A stretch of DNA of 64,000 bases from Sminthopsis crassicaudata (Eukaryota), in contig NC_133619.1 in NCBI RefSeq assembly GCF_048593235.1, positions 636,780,558 to 636,844,557 of the forward strand, written 5' to 3'. Below, one piece after another: positions 58,291-64,000 of this stretch. The notes beneath the pieces were generated by a model. The model was not told the origin of the DNA. It saw only the letters and a list, made by a program, of their open reading frames with translations, and made no database searches. The position numbers and the translations under genes are program-made. The first letter of the stretch is position 1. The number at the start of each line of letters is the position of its first letter.

Positions 58291-59102
58291 CTAATGTTTT
58301 CAAATACAATCCTTTTGTATTCTGCTTGCATATATGTAAGTGTCTTATGTTTAAATTCTGAAAAAAAAGTTTAAAAATTTGATTTGTGTGGAAGTTTGGA
58401 GAAGCGAGAAAGTGATGACAGACTAATGAGAATGCTATTGCTGTAGTTCAGGTTAAGAGGTGAAAGGATCTGAATTACAGTGCTGGCGGTTGAGTTGAGA
58501 AGAAAACTGATGATGTGTTGTGGAGGGAAAATCCACAGAACTTGGAAACTAGATATGGGAATAAAAGAAGAGGGAAGAGTTGAGAGTTCCAAAGTTCTAT
58601 GACCTGAAAAATAATGATTCTCTCAAGAGAAATGGGATATATAGGGAGGGGAGTAAGTTTAGGGAGAAAAAGATAAGAGAAGCAGGAGGTAGAAGGGTCT
58701 GTGGGGATAGCTAGATGGAGATGTCAAGCAGGTACTAGCACAAAGGAGAAAAGCCTGAATATTTAGGAATCTTTGGAAAGAGACAACTGACTCCGTGAAT
58801 CAATGAGATCTCCAAAGAAGAATGTGTGGAGAAGGAAAAAGAGGGGGTTCAAGAAGGGGCTTTGGGGTACATCCATTTATAGGTGATAGGATATGAATGA
58901 TGATCCAGCAAAGGGGATAAAAAGAAGAGGACAAATAGGGAGAACTAAGATCAGTGTTAGAAAAATGCTAAGGAGCTTTGATCAACAGTATCAAATACTA
59001 TTGAGAGGCCCAGATCGATGGAAAAAGTCATTGTATTTAACAATTAGGAGAATATGGAGGGCAAAAACTAAGAAGTTCCAGTCCAGTGGTAGGGAAGGGA
59101 GC

Positions 59103-59345
59103 CCTTTTTTGTTTGTTCAGTCCTGCCCACCCCGTGACCCCATGTGGGTTTTTGTGGTAAAGATCCTGGAGTGGTTTGCTATTTCCTTCTTCAGATCATA
59201 TACAACTGAGTTAGAAAACTGAGTCAAACAGGGTTATGAAACTTGCCCAGGATCACACAGCCAGGAGGTGTCTGACGCCACTTTTGAACTCAGGAAAATC
59301 AGTCTTCCTGATTCTAGGTCTGCCATCCTATCCACTGTGCCAGCC
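59103..59345 (-). mobile_element. MAR1-type SINE
   Basis: Reverse tail (gtgacccca..tgggttt..tgg.aaagat.ctggagtggtttgc.atttccttc) and head (tttgaactcagg...tatccactgtgcca). Confidence 0.75.
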
Positions 59346-59659
59346 ATCTCTGCCCAAGCCATTTATTGAGTGCTAGGTACTGCTAAGTGCTTTACAAATA
59401 TTGCCTAATCTGATTTTCACAACAATCTTGCTAAATAAATGCTATTCTGATCCCCATTTAACAATCAGCTAAGGTAGAAATTAAACAACTTGCCTAGGAT
59501 CACACAGTTTGCAAAGGGTGAAGAAATGAGTAGGATGTGAAGAACTAAAGGAAATGAATATAAGCTATTTTTCCCAAGACTGGCATTGAAAAAAGAAATA
59601 TGGAAGATGATAATTTGAAGGGATTGCAGGACTAAGTGAAAAACTGTTGGTGTCTTGAC

Positions 59660-59995
59660 AAATATAGAAATATGTTTAAGTGAACTGCACGTATTTAACA
59701 TATCAGATTGCTTGCTGTCTTGGAGAGGAGGAAAATGAGGGAGAACATTTTAGAACACAAAGTCTTACAAAAATGAATGTTGATATTTAACATGTATTGG
59801 ACTACCTGCCAGATAGGGGAGAGGGGTAGAAGGGGAAAATTTGCAACAAATGGTTACGCAAGAGTCAATGTCGGGAAAATTGCCCATGCATATGCTTTGT
59901 AAATAAAAAGCTTTAATAAAAAAAATGTTGAAAATTATCTTTACATATATTTGGGGAAATCAAAATACTATTGAAAATTAAAAAAAAAAAGAGGA
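59660..59995 (+). mobile_element. Nested or tandem L1 3' tails
   Basis: Two G-rich tracts each followed by gaatgttga.../aataaa and A-runs. Confidence 0.65.
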
Positions 59996-61670
59996 AAAAA
60001 AATGAACACTGTTGGTATCTTCCCATTGCCTCTGGGATAAGATACAAATTTAAGGCTCTTGACAGTTTTGTCTTCTAGTATTTTTCTAGTATTATTTCAA
60101 GGGAAGGTAATGTAGTGAGATGGAAAGAATATTGTATTATATTTGAGCTAGGTTCAAATTCTAGATCAACTATTCCTGTGACACTGAATTTGTCAATGAA
60201 AATGAATTTTTAAAAAGCATTAAACAGTTATGATATGCAATGCACCGAGGATACAAATAGAAAAAGATAGGAGCTCCCATTGAACTGGGATCACAACATA
60301 TATGCAAGATTTCAGTTTCAAATCAAATGGAAAGGTCCCATAATCCTTAGGGTGCAGCAGCAAATTGGGAATTTAAAAAAAGGTGGCATTTCATACCATT
60401 TCTGATAAAAACCAAGTTTTGCTTTGGCGGTGTCTAGGACTTGGGTAGCAAGCATTTCCTTTGCAGTCTTCACTTGCTGAGGGAGCAGCTGCTAGACTTC
60501 AGCTCCGCTGGGTAGCTAGCTAGAATGATGGCTGAGAGCACTGTGCTAGAAGCGATTTGCCAATGGTCTCGGTCCAGGGTCCTGGGGTTTGAGGGGACGT
60601 GGCAGTCAAGATTTGACTTGGCATAAGTACCATCTATCTCTCCCTTAAGGCAAGTAACAACCTTTTTTACAAAATCACCAAATCTGAAAGTTGGAAAGGA
60701 ATTCAGGGGTCATCTAGTCTATCAAGAAAAGAATAGCTATTAATAGCTAACAAGTGGTTGTCCAAGACCTCAAAGGCACAGGAACCGACCACTTCTTCAG
60801 GAAGGTCACTCTACTTTTGGACATCTTCACTCATTAGGTATTTTTGTGTGATGTATAAGAGGACTGGCCTGTTTTTTCCTGATGTATCAGGAGACTCTTC
60901 CCCTGAGCCAGTATGAAACTCAAAGTGAATGAGAATGTAATGGGCAAGTGGCCTAAGGACCCAGTCTTTACAAGCATGTGCTCAGGTGATGCAATTCCCA
61001 CATGGACTTTGGAGCATGTGCAGACATTCTATAACTAGTTCTGGTCTGCTGACCTCATGGTGAAAAAGAGCCTCTTTAATTGGTCACAACTTCCTAGCCA
61101 GAAATGGGGATGTATTTAAGATAGATTAGTTGAATTTCTTTCTTTTTTCAACTTCTTCCCACTGGAATTTCCAGCCTGCTGATTCCAAAGAAAAAAAAGA
61201 AACAGTGCTAATGTAAGGGGATGTACCAAGGGCTCTACCCAGCTAATGCTGACCTATGGTCAGTAAATACAAGCCCTGAGTTCTGTGGAAGAATATTAAA
61301 AACCTTTTCCATTCAACTGAAAATATTAAAAATGTTTTCTCCAAGCTAAAAACTCTTTTCTCTTTTAAGATCCCATGAAATGGACCTTAAGGTAACAGAC
61401 CAAAGTCTAGGAAATAGATAAAAAGGGATAATCAAGATATCATTGCCTACCCATCCCCTGAAGTGATTGATGTCACCATCCCCTTAAAGGCAGTAGCTTT
61501 TTCATTTAATAATTGAGTTACTGGATCAAAGGAAGCTCTCTTAGTCCTCAGGAAGTGATCCAAGAAAGAAATGGAAAATGACTGTTTTGGGAGTGTTAAC
61601 CTGAAATTGTATCTAACATCTTATCCTTGTTCAAGAATCCTATAAATATTACTTTTAAATCATCTCAGAA

Positions 61671-61803
61671 GGGGGCAGCTAGGTGGCGCAGTGGATAGAG
61701 CACCAGCCTTGAATTCAGGAGGACCCCAGTTCAAATCTGATCTCAGACACTTAACACTTCCTAGCTGTGTGACCCTGGGCAAGTCACTTAACTGAGAAAA
61801 TAA
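61671..61803 (+). mobile_element. Young short tRNA-derived SINE (WSINE1-like) with a probable TSD (tctcagaa)
   Basis: ggggcagctaggtggcgcagtggatagagcaccagccttgaattcaggagga...gtgtgaccctgggcaagtcacttaac with an A-rich tail. tctcagaa occurs on both sides. Confidence 0.75.
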
Positions 61804-64000
61804 ATACTCTCAGAAGGCACAGTTGCGAACTTTCTATTATCTAGATATGATTTGGATATAGAATAATGTGAAAGATTGTTCTTACAATAGTAATTTTTTT
61901 TTATCCCTGACAATTCTTTTGTTTCTTTTTTCTTTTTTTTTTTTAATTTTAGGTAAAGGAGATTGGAGGATATGGTTCTGTGAATCTCAAAACATCAAAA
62001 GATCCAGTTGCCAGTAGGTCCAGGAGTGACCCTTATGCTGGAATTTACAACTAGCTTTGAGGTCTAAGGAAACAACCTTTCAGGACCCAGGACAGCAATA
62101 TTTGAGCAAAGAGATTAGTTGGCCAACCCACAATCAAGAGTAGCAATGCTACCCTAGATCTGAACTTGGTGGAATCAATGTTATGTAAGAAACTGCATTA
62201 AGATTGAGCCCACTCACCCCAGACACTAAGGTGGTAGAGGTGCCAGTATACCCCTGAAATATTGAGAAAAACATTTTGTATTTCTGTTCTTGGTAATGAT
62301 TAAATGGAAGTATGGTACCAGTATCTGATGGCTAACAGGAGGGAACCACATCAAGTTCATAGGACTAGAGAAGAGACATCCCAACCTCTTAAGGAAACCC
62401 CTAGAAATTGGAAAAGATATACCCATTATCTCTGGTTGACCAAAGGAAACTCAGTTTTTAGGGAGTGATCAAGGAAGGAATTAGATGCCTATTTTTGGAG
62501 AATTAACTCCAAACTGGACCAGAAATCTCAACATTTGCATCAAGTCTAAATTTGGTACTTTGTAGTTCCCATCCACTGTTCCTTGTTTTCCTTTCTATGG
62601 CAAACAGAATAAATTTGCTCCTTTTACAAAATACTTTCAAATACCTGAAGGCAACAACTCTCATGTTTTCCTATGTAAATCTGCCCAATTCCTTCAGTCA
62701 CAGACTGACCCTTTTGAACACAATACTCCAGGATTAGAACTGGCAAAAGCAGGGAACAATTTTCTATAGCTTATTCCTAGAATGTCTCCCCTTAAAGCGG
62801 ACTAAGACTGCCTTTGCTTTTGTGGCTACCACAGCACTTACACTGGCTTTGTAGCCCACTTAAAACCCGCAGATCTTTTTCTGAACAACTATCTTTCTGT
62901 GCTTACCCATCATCCACTTGTGAAATAGATATATAAGTGCAAGACTTTTAATTATATCTCTATTTTCAACATCTTCAATTTGGACCAATGCTTATGAAGA
63001 TTCTTTTGGAATTTGATTTTTGTCTTCTGTTCCAGCTATCCCTCCCAGCTTTACATTATCTGTGAATTTGGCAAACTTGCCATCTGTAGCTTGATAAGTT
63101 ATTGATCAAGAAGCTAAAATAGCATAGACCTCTCGTCTACTTATATTCATTAAATTCTATTTCCTAATTTTGATGATTTTTTTTAACTTCCAGACGTCAT
63201 CTGGACTCTGATCTTTAGGGGTTACTTGACAGCTTGTTCAAATGGTTGCATTTCTCTGACCTTGGTGTTCACTTTTTCCATTTCAGATTCACTTGGGAAA
63301 GTACTATGAGACATTTTAATTTGGGCTAAAAGTGTTCCCATTCTGCCATACCATCCGACATATGGTAGATGGGCTGGTGAATAACCTAGCCTCGAGTTCA
63401 ATCTTTATAAAGAGAAGATTTGTAAACTTTCAAATTCAAGGTTTTCTGTCTGCCAATAAAAAAGCAAAATCATACTTTAGAAATAACCTTTTGAAGTTAG
63501 GGAAAAAAATCAAAATAGAACCAAGCAGAGATTCTTTTGGTTCCCTACTGGAAACCTCTTGCCACGCTGGCTATAAAAAATACTTGGAACCTAGCTATCC
63601 AAACAATTCTATCTGAATGTCTTATCAAATCCATAGTCCTCCATCTTTTCAAGAAATGTTAAATGAACGCTCCAGCATCCTTCTCATCATTACTTTCATC
63701 ACAACCCTTTCCAAAAAGGAAATGAGACTGTCCGAGTGGGATTTGAACTTGGGTCCTCCTGACTCCATGGCTGGAGCACGGTCTAGCTGTCCCAATGTGA
63801 AATGTTTTTGATGAAGCTAAGCTGGTTCTTTGCAAGGTTGTTTATTTTTAGACGCTTGCCATTCACATGTTTAATTGAGAATTTTTCCAGGAATCTAAGT
63901 GAAGTGGACTGGCCTCCAGACTGCAGATTGTTTTCTTCCCTTTTGTGTTTGTTGGGACATTTTTCTTCCTCCGGTTTGGGTGCGTCTCTCCCATTTTCTG

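Noticed and set aside
61671-61803. tRNA gene call for A/B-box-containing sequence (also 14310-14376)
   Set aside because: It continues into CORE-SINE sequence, shows no cloverleaf, and is SINE-derived.
62218-62253. 36-nt minus-strand segment with canonical acceptor and GTGAGT donor
   Set aside because: Isolated, with no partner exons or homology recognised. Such matches arise by chance in AT-rich DNA.
63332-63811. Short plus-strand ORFs near the window end as possible NPHS1 exons
   Set aside because: No signal peptide, Ig-domain Cys/Trp pattern or splice-phase support.

Overview
Eukaryotic, mammalian sequence. MAR1-type CORE/RTE SINEs, a short WSINE1-like SINE and characteristic L1 3' tails point to a marsupial, probably a dasyurid (inference). 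The window is the inverted equivalent of the human 19q13.12 block LRFN3(-), TYROBP(+), HCST(-), NFKBID(+), APLP1(-), KIRREL2(-). I reconstructed these exon by exon from splice sites and reading phase. The main surprise is an extra minus-strand gene immediately 3' of LRFN3, at a position where I recall no such gene in human. It is a divergent FCGBP-family secreted gene: signal peptide, IgGFc-binding domain, Cys module, VWD-C8-TIL, then the start of VWD2 running into an N gap. Both visible VWD domains lack the GDPH autocleavage motif, and the protein carries two ~140-150 aa low-complexity insertions, one inside the VWD1 fold. Other points: three frame disruptions (two in LRFN3, one in APLP1) and a truncated APLP1 exon 12, all most likely assembly errors; no clear TYROBP exon 2; single ectodomain cysteines in both DAP12 and DAP10; a ~1 kb AATAAA-rich minisatellite upstream of LRFN3; kB/CRE sites and tandem Roquin stem-loops in NFKBID; and no recognisable NPHS1 in the 10 kb beyond KIRREL2. 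No database searches were run, so comparisons with human proteins are from memory.
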